The notes under the pieces were generated by a model that ran no database searches, was not told where the DNA came from, and was given only the letters and a program-made list of their open reading frames with translations. From the sequence record DRR723986_9343: a DNA stretch of 64,000 bases. The stretch is one strand, 5' to 3'. Of the stretch, positions 37,989 through 48,608 are shown piece by piece. Each line of letters starts with the position of its first letter. Position 1 is the first letter of the stretch. Position numbers and translations under genes: made by a program.

Positions 37989-38792
37989 TCATTCACCACG
38001 CATTGCATCGGAGACGATGTCTGCGTCAAAGTAGTTTGTACTCATGCCTGCATCAACGACGATCGATTGCGAAGTGATTCCACTTGATCTAGGACTGAGC
38101 AAGAACACAGCCGTGGATGCAGCTTCGTCGGTGGATAGGGCGCGTTTGCGTGGCGTCACACGCTCTGCGTACAAGTAGGAGTCGACGTAGCCGGGGATGC
38201 CCGCTGACGCGCTAGTCTTGAGCAGTCCAGCGGCGACTGCATTGAATCGCACCTCACTGAAGCGACTGAAGGACTTGGTGAGAAATGCGAGCGAGGAATC
38301 AAGCGCGGCCTTTACAGGGGCCATGAATCCGTAGCTCTCACTCGCCATGCGCGTCGTCGAAATGCTGATGGTAACCACCGAAGCATCATTGCGTAATTGA
38401 TCCTTGAGAGCATTGCAAATGGCGACCAAGGAAAAGCAGCTTATATCAATCGCTTGCAGGAATTGTTTACGAGTCGTCTCGTGGAACGGCTTGATTCCAT
38501 CGCTGTAGTCGGCAAATGCGATCGAGTGGACGATTCCATCAAACCCGTCAAAGTCGCTGTCGAGTTGATCAGCCAAGGTCGCAATCTGCGTTTCGTCCTC
38601 GACGTCACAAACATAGACAGGTTTGCCGCTAAGCAGCTTTGCAACCGACTCACGCCGCTCTGGGCTTCGAACAATGTAGACGACTTCAGCGCCCACGCTT
38701 TCCAGTTGGTGCGCAATTCGGTAAGCAACGCTTTTCTTGTTGGCGACGCCAAACACAGCGACGCGTTTTTTATTCAGTTGCAGGTAGTCCAC
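37989..38792 (-). CDS. fabI: Enoyl-ACP reductase
   Basis: [28 protein letters not shown]; next to fabZ. Confidence 0.85.
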   Translation of the reverse strand: MDYLQLNKKRVAVFGVANKKSVAYRIAHQLESVGAEVVYIVRSPERRESVAKLLSGKPVYVCDVEDETQIATLADQLDSDFDGFDGIVHSIAFADYSDGIKPFHETTRKQFLQAIDISCFSLVAICNALKDQLRNDASVVTISISTTRMASESYGFMAPVKAALDSSLAFLTKSFSRFSEVRFNAVAAGLLKTSASAGIPGYVDSYLYAERVTPRKRALSTDEAASTAVFLLSPRSSGITSQSIVVDAGMSTNYFDADIVSDAMRGE

Positions 38793-38841
38793 GATGCATC
38801 CATCTGTTTGAAGGCCTGGGAAGGCATTTCGTTAACGCGAG

Positions 38842-39261
38842 TTACTGCGGTGCCGCAACGGTGCAGGCAAAATCTAGTCGCGCGGCCAATTTGCCTCCGA
38901 CAGTGATCTTGCCCGTCAAGAAATACGCTGTCGACACAACGTCCTTAAGTTCGCATTTGATCTCAATCGTGTCACCGGGGCGAACCATCTGCTTAAATTT
39001 TACGTTATCCAGACGCGTTGCCACGGGCACGGCGTCTGTCTTGGGCGTGATGTCGGCCAGCAGAATTGCGCCGGATTGCAAGGCCGTCTCGCATAGGATG
39101 ACGCCCGGCACGAGTGGGAAATCAGGAAAGTGCCCCTGGACGAAGAAGTCGTCTTTGGAAAACGTCTTCTTGCAGTGAATGTTTTTCTCGTCCTGGCTGA
39201 CTATCTCGTCAACCAACAACATTGGCGGTCGGTGCGGAATCGCAGATTGAATGTCCGACAT
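38842..39261 (-). CDS. fabZ: 3-hydroxyacyl-ACP dehydratase
   Basis: IPHRPPMLLVD, FVQGHFPDFPLVPGVILCE, FKQMVRPGD. Confidence 0.9.
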   Translation of the reverse strand: MSDIQSAIPHRPPMLLVDEIVSQDEKNIHCKKTFSKDDFFVQGHFPDFPLVPGVILCETALQSGAILLADITPKTDAVPVATRLDNVKFKQMVRPGDTIEIKCELKDVVSTAYFLTGKITVGGKLAARLDFACTVAAPQ

Positions 39262-39668
39262 ACTATTTCTCTCGCCAGAATTATGGATCGTAAACTATCG
39301 CCAGCGGATTCGATGAAGCCCGTCCGCTTGCCAAAAACATGACTTTCAGAAAGCGATCGGAGTCTACTCAACCGACTGACTCTCGCAAGTACGGGGTATT
39401 TGCGAACGACTGTATATTCGTGCATTCATCTACGACTGGCCAGCAATGTCAAAGAGTACCTTCATACGAAGTGGCGCAATCCCTCGACTCGGATGCCTTA
39501 AACACGTGGCAAGGTGAGCACCTGATTTGCCCACGACTCGTGCCTCGCTGCTTTAATTCTGCGATCCAATCGGCTAGGCTTGTGAATCGCGCGTCGGGCG
39601 GGCATACCGCGATTTAAGCCGCCGCTCGCGAACAAATTGTCCGCCGTTTTACACTTATTGGTTAGGTA

Positions 39669-39707
39669 GTTGCCGTGCGAAGAAACGTCGTTGCCGTGCG
39701 AAGAAAC
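39669..39707. repeat. Tandem direct repeat GTTGCCGTGCGAAGAAAC x2 (21-nt period)
   Basis: Exact copies at 39669-39686 and 39690-39707. Confidence 0.8.
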
Positions 39708-41015
39708 AATGTCAAATGGTCGCGGCACTGGTTCGTCCACGCCTTGGCACTGATCCTTTTTTGCAACGTTTCTGCCACCGTATACGGGCAGGAAGCGGTT
39801 GAGTCGAAGGATCCGCAAAGCTTCGGGCAACCTTGGCAGGCAAACGCGGACATCGTGAAGAAGCGCATGGCTCGCCGCGGACAGTTCAACTACGAGGAAT
39901 CGAAAGTACCTGAATTTACACTGCCCAACGCACTCAGGTTCCAAAGCGGTGACTCAGTTAGCGAAGAGAGTTGGCCAAGCCGACGGGCGGAACTGCTTGA
40001 GCTGTTTCGCGAAAACGTTTACGGACGACGACCGGATGTTGACTACACAGTTGAATACGAAGTGATTCGTGAAGAAAACGACTGGTTCGGTGGCAAAGCG
40101 ATTGGCCGTGACGTTCGCGCGACGGTGCGTATCGAAGACCGCCAGTACCAATTCGATTTTACCGTCATTATTCCAAAGCGTGATACGAAGCAGGGCAAAT
40201 CTGCACCGGTGCCTGCGGTTGTGCATATCAACAACCGGTATCCATTCCCACTGGCCAAGACGGCTGAAGAAGACCCGTTCTGGCCGGCCGAGGCAATCGT
40301 TGATGCCGGATTCGCGACGGCGACTTTCCATACGTCAGACATCGACCCTGACAAAAAGAATGCGTATGCAGATGGCATTCGGGCATTCATGGAACAGGGA
40401 AGTGAGCCTGGGCCGGACGCTTGGCGTAGTCTTTCGGCTTGGGGGTGGGGCGCGAGTCGAGTGCTTGATTATTTGGAGACCTGCCCAGAGATTGATCATG
40501 CGAAAGTAGCTGTTTCCGGGCACTCGCGAGGAGGAAAAACAGCTTTGTGGGCGGCCGCTGAGGATACGCGATTTCAGATTGCGTACAGCAACAATTCCGG
40601 ATGCGGCGGAGCGGCTCTGTCTCGCCGACGTTTCGGTGAAACCGTGCAACGCATTACCGATTCATTTCCATATTGGTTCTGCGAGAATTTCGCAGACTTT
40701 GCCAATCGAGAAAACGAGCTGCCCGTGGATCAACATCAAGTCTTCGCGCTCATCGCACCTCGAGCGGCATACGTTGCGAGCGCGGACGAAGATTTGTGGG
40801 CAGATCCTAAGGGGGAGTACGCTGCACTCGTTGCCGCTGCACCGGTGTACAAGTTGCTTGGAAAAGAGGCAATTACGACGGAAACCATGCCTGCCTTAGA
40901 CTCTCAACGTACCAACGGGAAGACTGGTTATCATATTCGCCCGGGCGGTCACGGTCTGGGAACTCAAGACTGGAAATGGTTCCTCGCGTTTGCGAGCGAG
41001 ACGCTTGATCAATAG
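39675..41015 (+). CDS. CE15-like (glucuronoyl) esterase, alpha/beta hydrolase, exported
   Basis: AWGWGASR, GHSRGGK nucleophile motif, SGCGG, LPVDQH, DLWADPKGE; start uncertain. Confidence 0.85.
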   Translation: MRRNVVAVRRNNVKWSRHWFVHALALILFCNVSATVYGQEAVESKDPQSFGQPWQANADIVKKRMARRGQFNYEESKVPEFTLPNALRFQSGDSVSEESWPSRRAELLELFRENVYGRRPDVDYTVEYEVIREENDWFGGKAIGRDVRATVRIEDRQYQFDFTVIIPKRDTKQGKSAPVPAVVHINNRYPFPLAKTAEEDPFWPAEAIVDAGFATATFHTSDIDPDKKNAYADGIRAFMEQGSEPGPDAWRSLSAWGWGASRVLDYLETCPEIDHAKVAVSGHSRGGKTALWAAAEDTRFQIAYSNNSGCGGAALSRRRFGETVQRITDSFPYWFCENFADFANRENELPVDQHQVFALIAPRAAYVASADEDLWADPKGEYAALVAAAPVYKLLGKEAITTETMPALDSQRTNGKTGYHIRPGGHGLGTQDWKWFLAFASETLDQ

Positions 41016-41101
41016 TCTTGCTAAGCCGGCCGACTGATAGGGTTGGCTTCGGTATTTGGCAAGCTTCACTGAACAACTCGGCACACTAAGAAGACTGAAT
41101 C

Positions 41102-41938
41102 ATGCGAATCGACTCTCATCATCACTTCTGGGACTACTCAGAGGAACAATATGGCTGGATCAGCGAATCGATGGCCGTTTTGCGGCGCGATTTTGGTCCC
41201 GAAGATTTACAGGAAGTCACGTCGGCGGTCGGAATCGACCGCGTAATCTCCGTCCAAGCCCGACAGACGCTCGAAGAATCAGATTGGCTGCTTGAGATTG
41301 CGAACGCGAATGAGCTGATCGCCGCCGTTGTTGGCTGGGTGCCGCTGGCGAGCCCAGAAGTTCGCGAGCATGTCGAACGATTAAGCCACAATGACAAGCT
41401 GCGAGCGGTGCGGCACGTAGTTCAAGATGAGCCAGACGATGCGTTTATCCTCGGCAAGCAATTTGGTGAGGGAGTTGCACTGCTCAAGGACTACGGGCTT
41501 GTCTACGACATTCTTATCTTCGGAAAGCACCTTAAAAATTCGACTAAGTTTGTTGATCAGCATCCGGAGCAAGTTTTTGTGCTAGACCATATCGCGAAGC
41601 CGACCATTCGCAAAGAAAAGTTTGATGCACAATGGGCGGCGGACTTGAAGGAGTTGGCGAAGCGAAAGAATGTCTACTGCAAATTCTCAGGCGTGGCTAC
41701 TGAGGTGCGCGACGATAATTGGGACACTGATACGGTGCGTCCATATTGGGACGTGGCCTTGGAGGCCTTCGGTTCCGATCGATTGATGTTCGGCAGTGAT
41801 TGGCCCGTTTGCTTGCTCAAAACGGAGTACGCGCAGTGGCATGCGGCGGTGAGTGAGTTGGCAGGATCGTTGAGCGACAGTGAAGCAGACGCGTTTTGGG
41901 GGCGAAACGCGATGAAGGCTTACGGGATTCGGCCATAG
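41102..41938 (+). CDS. Amidohydrolase_2 family sugar lactonase (L-fuconolactonase-like)
   Basis: IDSHHHFW, VLDHIAKP, KFSG, RLMFGSDWPV. Confidence 0.85.
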   Translation: MRIDSHHHFWDYSEEQYGWISESMAVLRRDFGPEDLQEVTSAVGIDRVISVQARQTLEESDWLLEIANANELIAAVVGWVPLASPEVREHVERLSHNDKLRAVRHVVQDEPDDAFILGKQFGEGVALLKDYGLVYDILIFGKHLKNSTKFVDQHPEQVFVLDHIAKPTIRKEKFDAQWAADLKELAKRKNVYCKFSGVATEVRDDNWDTDTVRPYWDVALEAFGSDRLMFGSDWPVCLLKTEYAQWHAAVSELAGSLSDSEADAFWGRNAMKAYGIRP

Positions 41939-42016
41939 TGCGAATGTTTGCCCGCTGTAAATGTAGTGCCTGTGGTGTCGTTGTTTGCTGGTGTGAATGA
42001 TTGAAGGAGCAGGCCT

Positions 42017-43027
42017 TTGATAGAGCTGCCGCCTATCGTCTTTGGCGCGACGAGTCTTGGGAATCTCTTCAGAGCAATCGACGACGGTGAAAAATCGTCC
42101 ATAGTACGAGCTTGGCTTGAGGCCCCCATTGATCCCATCTTAATTGATTCAGCCGGAAAATATGGGGCAGGACTTTCGTTGGAAGTCATCGGCAGGGAGT
42201 TGCAGCGAGCCGGCGCTGATCCTAATCGCGTCTTGATTAGCAATAAACTTGGTTGGCGACGCGTACCACTGACTGCGCCAGAACCAACATTCGAACCTGG
42301 AGTTTGGAAGGGGCTTGAGCATGACGCCGTGCAGGATATCAGCTATGACGGAATTCTCCGTTGTTATGCCGAAGGTGAGCAACTGCTAGGAAGCTACACG
42401 GCGCAATTGGTTTCGGTGCACGATCCTGATGAGTACCTTGCGGCGGCGACTAATCAGGCTGATGAAAATGCGCGTTTGTCGGACATCTTAGGCGCCTACC
42501 AGGCACTATGCGAACTGCGTGATGCCGGGAAAGTGCTTGGTGTGGGCGTTGGGGCGAAGAACTGGCGCACGATCAAACGCTTGAGCGAGAGCTGTGAATT
42601 TGATTGGGTGATGTTTGCCAATAGTTTCACTGTTATGCAGCACGAGCCCGAATTGGTGCAGTTCATTGAACAGCTACGTCAGCGAGAGGTAGCGATAATC
42701 AATTCGGCTGTCTTTCATGGTGGATTTCTTCTCGGTGGAAACTTCTTCAACTACCGGTCGCTTACTGAATTGCCGGAGGCCAACTCATTAGTTCGTTGGC
42801 GGGAGCGATTTTGGGAGCTTTGTGAGCAGTTTGGCACCACGCCGTTTCTAGCTGGTGTATCATTTGGCAAGTCTCCTCCCGGGATCATGAGTATCGCATT
42901 GAGTTCCAGTCGCACTTCTCGAGTGCAGTCGCACGTAGAAGCGATTGCCGCGGAGCCGCCAGCGGCATTTTGGACTGAAATGAAATCGCAAGGTCTTGTT
43001 TCCAACAGCTACGAACACCTGCCCTAG
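42017..43027 (+). CDS. Aldo/keto reductase (D-threo-aldose/L-fucose dehydrogenase-like)
   Basis: SLGNLF, DSAGKYGAGLS, SNKLG, VHDPDE, NSAVFHGG. Confidence 0.8.
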   Translation: MIELPPIVFGATSLGNLFRAIDDGEKSSIVRAWLEAPIDPILIDSAGKYGAGLSLEVIGRELQRAGADPNRVLISNKLGWRRVPLTAPEPTFEPGVWKGLEHDAVQDISYDGILRCYAEGEQLLGSYTAQLVSVHDPDEYLAAATNQADENARLSDILGAYQALCELRDAGKVLGVGVGAKNWRTIKRLSESCEFDWVMFANSFTVMQHEPELVQFIEQLRQREVAIINSAVFHGGFLLGGNFFNYRSLTELPEANSLVRWRERFWELCEQFGTTPFLAGVSFGKSPPGIMSIALSSSRTSRVQSHVEAIAAEPPAAFWTEMKSQGLVSNSYEHLP

Positions 43028-43077
43028 CGGTGCGGTGTAAGTTGAGAATATTTCGACGGTACAGTTAGGCTCAGAAA

Positions 43078-44505
43078 ATGAAAAGTTTGCTTCAGTGTAT
43101 TGGTCTGTTCGCGCTCGTGGCCTGCGGCTCCTTGGGCCGCGTAAAGGTGATCGCCGCTGAACAGCCAAACATTTTGTTCCTGTTCACCGATGATCAGTGT
43201 TTCGACACAATCGCCGCACTTGGGCATGAAGAGGTCATCACACCGAACCTTGACACTCTCGCCCGAAGTGGTGTTGCATTCGATAATGCCTATAACATGG
43301 GCGGTTGGAATGGTGCGATTTGTATCGCTAGTCGCACAATGATGAACACTGGACGATTCCTTTGGCGAGCTCACGCGATCGATCGCAAGCTTGGCGAAGA
43401 AGCCAAGCAGGGGCGAATGCTCTCCTTGTTGCTTCGCGATGCTGGCTACGAGACTTATTTTTCTGGTAAGTGGCATGTAAAGATTGATGCCGATAAGATC
43501 TTCGATCATGTCAAGAATGTGCGTCCGGGGATGCCTCGTGATACGAAAGCGAGCTACTCTCGCCCCAACGACAAAGGGGACTGGACCCCTTGGGACAAAG
43601 AACAGGGAGAAGGCGGTTTTTGGGCCGGCGGCAAGCACTGGAGCGAGGTCCTTGCGGACGATGCAGTAGAGTACATCGATCACGCCGCCGAATCGGAGAA
43701 ACCCTTCTTCATGTACTTGGCATTCAACGCTCCCCACGATCCACGGCAGTCACCGCGTGAGTACGTCGAAATGTATGATCGTAGTAAGGTGGCGGTCCCG
43801 GAAAATTTCTTGCCTGAGTATCCTCACATGGATGCCATGGGAGCTGGTAAGAAGCTTCGCGATGAAAAGCTCGCACCATGGCCCAGAACTCCCGAGGCGG
43901 TTCAATTGCATCGTCAAGAGTACTTTGCACTCATCACGCACCTGGATGCCCAGATCGGACGGATTCTGGAGCATTTGAGTGAAAAGGGACTCCGCGAGAA
44001 TACTTACATTGTCATGACCGCAGATCACGGCTTGGCGTGTGGCCAGCACGGTCTGCTTGGCAAGCAGAGCATGTATGAGCACAGCATGAAAGCTCCGCTA
44101 TTGGTTGTCGGCCCTGGAATTCCAGCCGGCCAGCGGCTTGGAATGCCGGTCTATGTGCAAGATTTTGGCGCGACAGCATTGGAATGGGCTGGCGTAGAAA
44201 AACCGGACTACTACGAATTCAAGAGCCTTTTGCCGCTGATTCGCGGCGAACGACAGGTCCAGCATGCACCCGTGTATGGAGCCTACGAGATGTCGAAGCA
44301 GCGAATGATTCGCGATGGCGACTTGAAATTGATTCACTACCCCGCCACCGATGTTTACCGGCTGTTCGACGTTGTGCAGGATCCCAAGGAAATCGAGGAT
44401 CTCGTCGCTGAGCCCGCCTATGCAGATAAGGTCGCAGAACTGAAAGTGAAGCTTGGTGAGCTGATGCTTGCCATGGAAGACCCGATGACGGCGGACGAGG
44501 AGTGA
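43078..44505 (+). CDS. Formylglycine-dependent sulfatase, exported
   Basis: PNILFLFTDDQ, CIASR (CxAxR), GKWH, PHDP, ADHG, GKQSMYE. Confidence 0.92.
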   Translation: MKSLLQCIGLFALVACGSLGRVKVIAAEQPNILFLFTDDQCFDTIAALGHEEVITPNLDTLARSGVAFDNAYNMGGWNGAICIASRTMMNTGRFLWRAHAIDRKLGEEAKQGRMLSLLLRDAGYETYFSGKWHVKIDADKIFDHVKNVRPGMPRDTKASYSRPNDKGDWTPWDKEQGEGGFWAGGKHWSEVLADDAVEYIDHAAESEKPFFMYLAFNAPHDPRQSPREYVEMYDRSKVAVPENFLPEYPHMDAMGAGKKLRDEKLAPWPRTPEAVQLHRQEYFALITHLDAQIGRILEHLSEKGLRENTYIVMTADHGLACGQHGLLGKQSMYEHSMKAPLLVVGPGIPAGQRLGMPVYVQDFGATALEWAGVEKPDYYEFKSLLPLIRGERQVQHAPVYGAYEMSKQRMIRDGDLKLIHYPATDVYRLFDVVQDPKEIEDLVAEPAYADKVAELKVKLGELMLAMEDPMTADEE

Positions 44506-44589
44506 TTTCGGCGTGCCGCCGCCTCCAAAGCGTTTGCGCGGTAGGCATTGATGGTAATCGAACTGGTACACCTGAGCCGTGAGACGTAG

Positions 44590-45714
44590 ATGCCCGCATT
44601 GGAATCCTTTTTTGAAGAGGATTACTTTTCATGCCGCGAGCGTTTCCGCACATCCGCAAATCAATCGGGGTGGGCGCTCACGAGGTATTCGTATCTGGCC
44701 GATGGTTTCGATGACCTATCCATCGATGTTGCAATACGGGAACCAGAACGACTGAAGCGAGACAACTCAATCCGTACTCCGGTGCTTGTTGTTAGCAGTG
44801 GACTTCACGGCGTTGAAGGGTATCTTGGTTCCGCGATGCAAACAGCTTTGCTCGAGCGGCATTGGCCGCTTGTTGACGAGCTGAAGGTCGTCTTGACTCA
44901 CGCGGTCAGTCCCTACGCTTTCGCGTGTGACCGTCGGGCCGACGAAGCAAACATTGATCTCAACCGCAATTTCCTGCTCAAGGGCGAGTCCTATTGCGGC
45001 GCTCATCCAACCTATGTTGAGCTGAATGGCTTTCTCAATCCGGTTTCGCCCGCTTCACCGTTGGATCTTTACTATATCAAGGCGATGGGGCTCCTGATGC
45101 AACATGGTATGCCAGCCCTGCGTGGTGCGATCGCAGAGGGGCAGTATCAGTTTCCTCAAGGGCTTTTCTATGGAGGAGCGGGGCCCGCGCAGTCTCAATT
45201 GAAACTGCAGGATGTCCTTTCAAGCATCATTCAGCCGCACGATATGGTGATGCATCTAGATGTGCACACTGGGCTCGGGCGTTGGGGAACGTGCAAACTA
45301 CTTTGGGATTACCAGCCCGATCGCCAGGTCAGAGACGAGTTAATTCGGAGTTTTCCTGAGGGCAGTTGTTCATTTCAAAATGATGATGCTGAGACGTACA
45401 ATGCCAAGGGCTCACTCGGACAGTGGTGTCGCGAGCAGCGTTTCTGCGATACGCTTCACGGTATCCGCAACTACGATGCCGTTTGCATGGAGTTCGGAAC
45501 ATATAGCGGATTGCACATGTTGCGAGTCCTTCGTGAGGAGAATCGGAACTTTCATCACGGGAAACGCAGCAGCAGGTTGGAAGGCTCACGCAATCGCATT
45601 CGTCAAGCTTTTTGTCCACATCAAACGTCGTGGCGACGTGAAGTGATGGCAACTGCGGGAGAGCATTTGAAGTGTACACAGGATTTTCTCTTGAGGCGGA
45701 TCGCTTCTGCTTGA
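44590..45714 (+). CDS. DUF2817 / M14-like zinc metallopeptidase
   Basis: SGLHGVEG, NIDLNRNF, GQY..PQGLFYGG, LDVHTGLG, EFGT. Confidence 0.8.
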   Translation: MPALESFFEEDYFSCRERFRTSANQSGWALTRYSYLADGFDDLSIDVAIREPERLKRDNSIRTPVLVVSSGLHGVEGYLGSAMQTALLERHWPLVDELKVVLTHAVSPYAFACDRRADEANIDLNRNFLLKGESYCGAHPTYVELNGFLNPVSPASPLDLYYIKAMGLLMQHGMPALRGAIAEGQYQFPQGLFYGGAGPAQSQLKLQDVLSSIIQPHDMVMHLDVHTGLGRWGTCKLLWDYQPDRQVRDELIRSFPEGSCSFQNDDAETYNAKGSLGQWCREQRFCDTLHGIRNYDAVCMEFGTYSGLHMLRVLREENRNFHHGKRSSRLEGSRNRIRQAFCPHQTSWRREVMATAGEHLKCTQDFLLRRIASA

Positions 45715-45883
45715 GGATAGGCTTGGGCTAAACTGGCGAAGATCCGCGAAGAGTCTGTCGATTGGCCTGTGGCTCCGCTATTTGAGATATAATGCATCGC
45801 TTGCATCGGTACGGGTGGATCGCGATCGGATCTCGACGTTCCGTGATGTTCTGTTAATTCACGCACTCCACTAAGGTAAGACT

Positions 45884-46741
45884 ATGACCAATTGGCGTCC
45901 ACTTTCAGGTTTCTTATTCGCTCTCTCATGCATCGTCTTGGGGGCTGCTTTTCAATCAGTCGCCACTGCAGATGAAGCCTCAACCGAAAGCAAAAAGCTT
46001 CGTGTGTTGTTAGTCGCGGGAGGTTGCTGTCATGATTACGTCACACAGACACAGTTGCTGAAGGCGGGGATCGAAAAGCGCATGTCCGCCGAAGTGACCG
46101 TCGTGCTCAATAAGAGTACTTCGACGGAAACTCGATTTGACATTTACGAGAACGATGACTGGGCTAAGGGCTACGACGTGGTTATTCACGACGAGTGTTC
46201 TGCGAAAGTCACCGAGCGACCCTATATCGATAGAATACTGGCAGCCCACCGGTCGGGCGTACCTGCTGTGAATCTCCACTGTGCGATGCATAGTTACCGG
46301 TGGGGAGACTTTCGACAGCCTGTTGAACCTGGAGCCGATAACTTTGCCTGGTACGAGATGATTGGAGTGCAATCAACAGCGCACGGTCCCAAGGAGCCGA
46401 TTGAAGTCGTCATTGCTGATTCAGAGCATCCCATAACAAAGGGGGTGAAGGGGTGGACGACTGGCAAAGAGGAGTTGTACAACAACGTGCGAGTGTACGG
46501 TGCAACGAAGCCGTTGATTGTCGGAAAGCAAATGGTTCCACCGCGAAAGCAGCAGTTAAAGATTAATCCCGACGCTAAGCCAGTTTTGGAAGAAGCAGTG
46601 GTGGCTTGGACGAATCGATATGGGCCAAAGAAGACGCGGATTTTCAGCTTGTCACTGGGACACCAGAATGAAACCGTAAAGGATGACCGCTATCTCGAAA
46701 TTGTAGTGCGAGGGCTCAAGTGGGCCGTCGATCACAAATAG
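45884..46741 (+). CDS. ThuA-like domain protein, exported
   Basis: Signal peptide; GGCCHDY, LHCAMHSY, HPIT, EELYN, LSLGH. Confidence 0.8.
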   Translation: MTNWRPLSGFLFALSCIVLGAAFQSVATADEASTESKKLRVLLVAGGCCHDYVTQTQLLKAGIEKRMSAEVTVVLNKSTSTETRFDIYENDDWAKGYDVVIHDECSAKVTERPYIDRILAAHRSGVPAVNLHCAMHSYRWGDFRQPVEPGADNFAWYEMIGVQSTAHGPKEPIEVVIADSEHPITKGVKGWTTGKEELYNNVRVYGATKPLIVGKQMVPPRKQQLKINPDAKPVLEEAVVAWTNRYGPKKTRIFSLSLGHQNETVKDDRYLEIVVRGLKWAVDHK

Positions 46742-47032
46742 CCGAGAGGGGAATTGGGCGGCTGTCAACACTGTCGCATGTTGCCCTGTGTGGCCCTTTG
46801 GCGGAGGTCGGAAGCCAGCCCAGTAGCCTGTTTTCTGAAGGTCAAGTGGAGCAAGCGGATTGGGGCGTGGGATAAGAGTGCGTTGGGCCTTGAAAAACTA
46901 GTTACTCTGGCTGGTGGGCAATCGCTGAACCGCCGAGTTCTCATCGCTGGTGCATTGGCTAGCTGTTGTGGCGCTCTTGGAACTTGGCAACAATACTACG
47001 TTTTGTGAACGCAAAACAATAAAGTACCCCAG

Positions 47033-48562
47033 ATGCTTGCCAAGTTGCAGACTTTCTCGCTGCTCGGGATTGAGGCAGTTCCGGTGGAAGTTGAGGTGGA
47101 TGTCTCTTCTTCCGCACTCCCCAAGACGATGCTGGTTGGCCTTCCCGAGGCGGCGGTCAAAGAGAGTATTCATCGAGTAGAGCGGGCTATTGTCAACAGC
47201 GGCTTTTCACGTCCCAGCGAACGAGTTGTTATTAACCTCGCTCCAGCCGAATTGCCTAAACAAGCGGCTTCGTTCGACCTGCCCATCTCGTTAGGTATTT
47301 TGGCCGGTAGTGGTCAGATTCAGTCTGATAAGTTTGGCCAGTACGCTGTTGTGGGAGAACTGGCCCTTGAGGGACACACTCGTCCAGTTAAGGGGGCGCT
47401 TTCGATGGCGATGGCAGCCCGCGATGCCGGATGTCGCGGGCTCTTGGTGCCTGCCGAGAATGCCAGCGAGGCCGCGGTGGTAGACGGTTTGGAAGTGATT
47501 CCGATCTCTTCGCTAACAGAAGCAGTTGGCTTCTTCGTCGATACGCTCGACATTGATCCGCAACCACCCAGGCTGGATGAGTTGTTTGAGGAGTACAGTC
47601 GCTACGATCTTAATTACAGCGATGTGCGAGGACAGGAAGTCGCAAAGCGTGCGCTGACTCTGGCGGCTGCCGGCTCACACAATCTACTGATGCTGGGCCC
47701 ACCAGGATCCGGCAAAACGATGCTGGCAAAGCGACTGCCTTCGATTATGCCCACGTTGACCGCAGAAGAATCGATCGAAACAACTCGGATTTACAGCTCA
47801 CTCGGCCGTCTTAAGGCAGGCCAGCCACTACTAGCGACAAGACCTTTTCGTTCTCCTCATCATACGATCAGCAACGCGGGGCTCGTCGGTGGTGGTAGTC
47901 CCCCGGCGCCAGGTGAAATTAGTTTAGCGCACAACGGTGTGCTGTTTCTTGATGAGTTGCCGGAATTCGATAGACGAACTCTAGAAGTCATGCGTCAGCC
48001 TCTGGAAGATCGGGTTGTTACGATTTCAAGAGCGCTTCGTAGTACAACGTTCCCGGCGAATTTCATGTTGGTCGCAGCGCTCAATCCTTGTCCTTGCGGA
48101 TACCGCACCGACCCACGCCGCAGTTGCTCTTGTTCACAGCCGCAGATTGAACGCTACATGCAGCGGATATCGGGTCCGCTTCTAGATCGGATTGATATTC
48201 ATATTGAGGTGCCTGCGGTGCCATTTCAAGAGCTTTCGTCGAAACAGGCCGGTACTGGGAGTGAAACGCTGCGTGATTCGGTGGTATCGGCCCGGGCGAT
48301 CCAGCGCGAAAGGTTTGGTGGTGCACTAAATTACAATGCACAGATGTCCAGCAGGCAACTGCGTGAGTTCTGCCCGCTGTCCAAAGCTTGTGAGACGCTC
48401 CTGCGAGATAGTTGCAATGAGATGGGGTTATCGGCTCGTGCCCATGACAAGATTCTACGCGTCAGTCGGACAATCGCTGACCTGGAAGGGGCAACTGAAA
48501 TAGAGTCGTTCCATCTTCAAGAAGCGATCAACTACCGCATGCTCGATCGCAGTCTCTTCTAG
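47033..48562 (+). CDS. comM: YifB/ComM Mg-chelatase-like AAA+ ATPase
   Basis: VGLPEAAVKES, GPPGSGKT, RSPHHT, FLDELPEF, NPCPCG, ISGPLLDRID. Confidence 0.92.
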   Translation: MLAKLQTFSLLGIEAVPVEVEVDVSSSALPKTMLVGLPEAAVKESIHRVERAIVNSGFSRPSERVVINLAPAELPKQAASFDLPISLGILAGSGQIQSDKFGQYAVVGELALEGHTRPVKGALSMAMAARDAGCRGLLVPAENASEAAVVDGLEVIPISSLTEAVGFFVDTLDIDPQPPRLDELFEEYSRYDLNYSDVRGQEVAKRALTLAAAGSHNLLMLGPPGSGKTMLAKRLPSIMPTLTAEESIETTRIYSSLGRLKAGQPLLATRPFRSPHHTISNAGLVGGGSPPAPGEISLAHNGVLFLDELPEFDRRTLEVMRQPLEDRVVTISRALRSTTFPANFMLVAALNPCPCGYRTDPRRSCSCSQPQIERYMQRISGPLLDRIDIHIEVPAVPFQELSSKQAGTGSETLRDSVVSARAIQRERFGGALNYNAQMSSRQLREFCPLSKACETLLRDSCNEMGLSARAHDKILRVSRTIADLEGATEIESFHLQEAINYRMLDRSLF

Positions 48563-48608
48563 GTGACTAGATGATATTGGACTGCATGCTGGGAGGAGAA
48601 GACAAGAC

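Noticed and set aside
43321-43335. CIASR instead of CxPxR as a sign of an inactive sulfatase
   Set aside because: CxAxR is an established functional variant and the other catalytic motifs are intact
47033-48562. comM as a disrupted integration site
   Set aside because: The gene is full length; no integrase or att-like duplication seen
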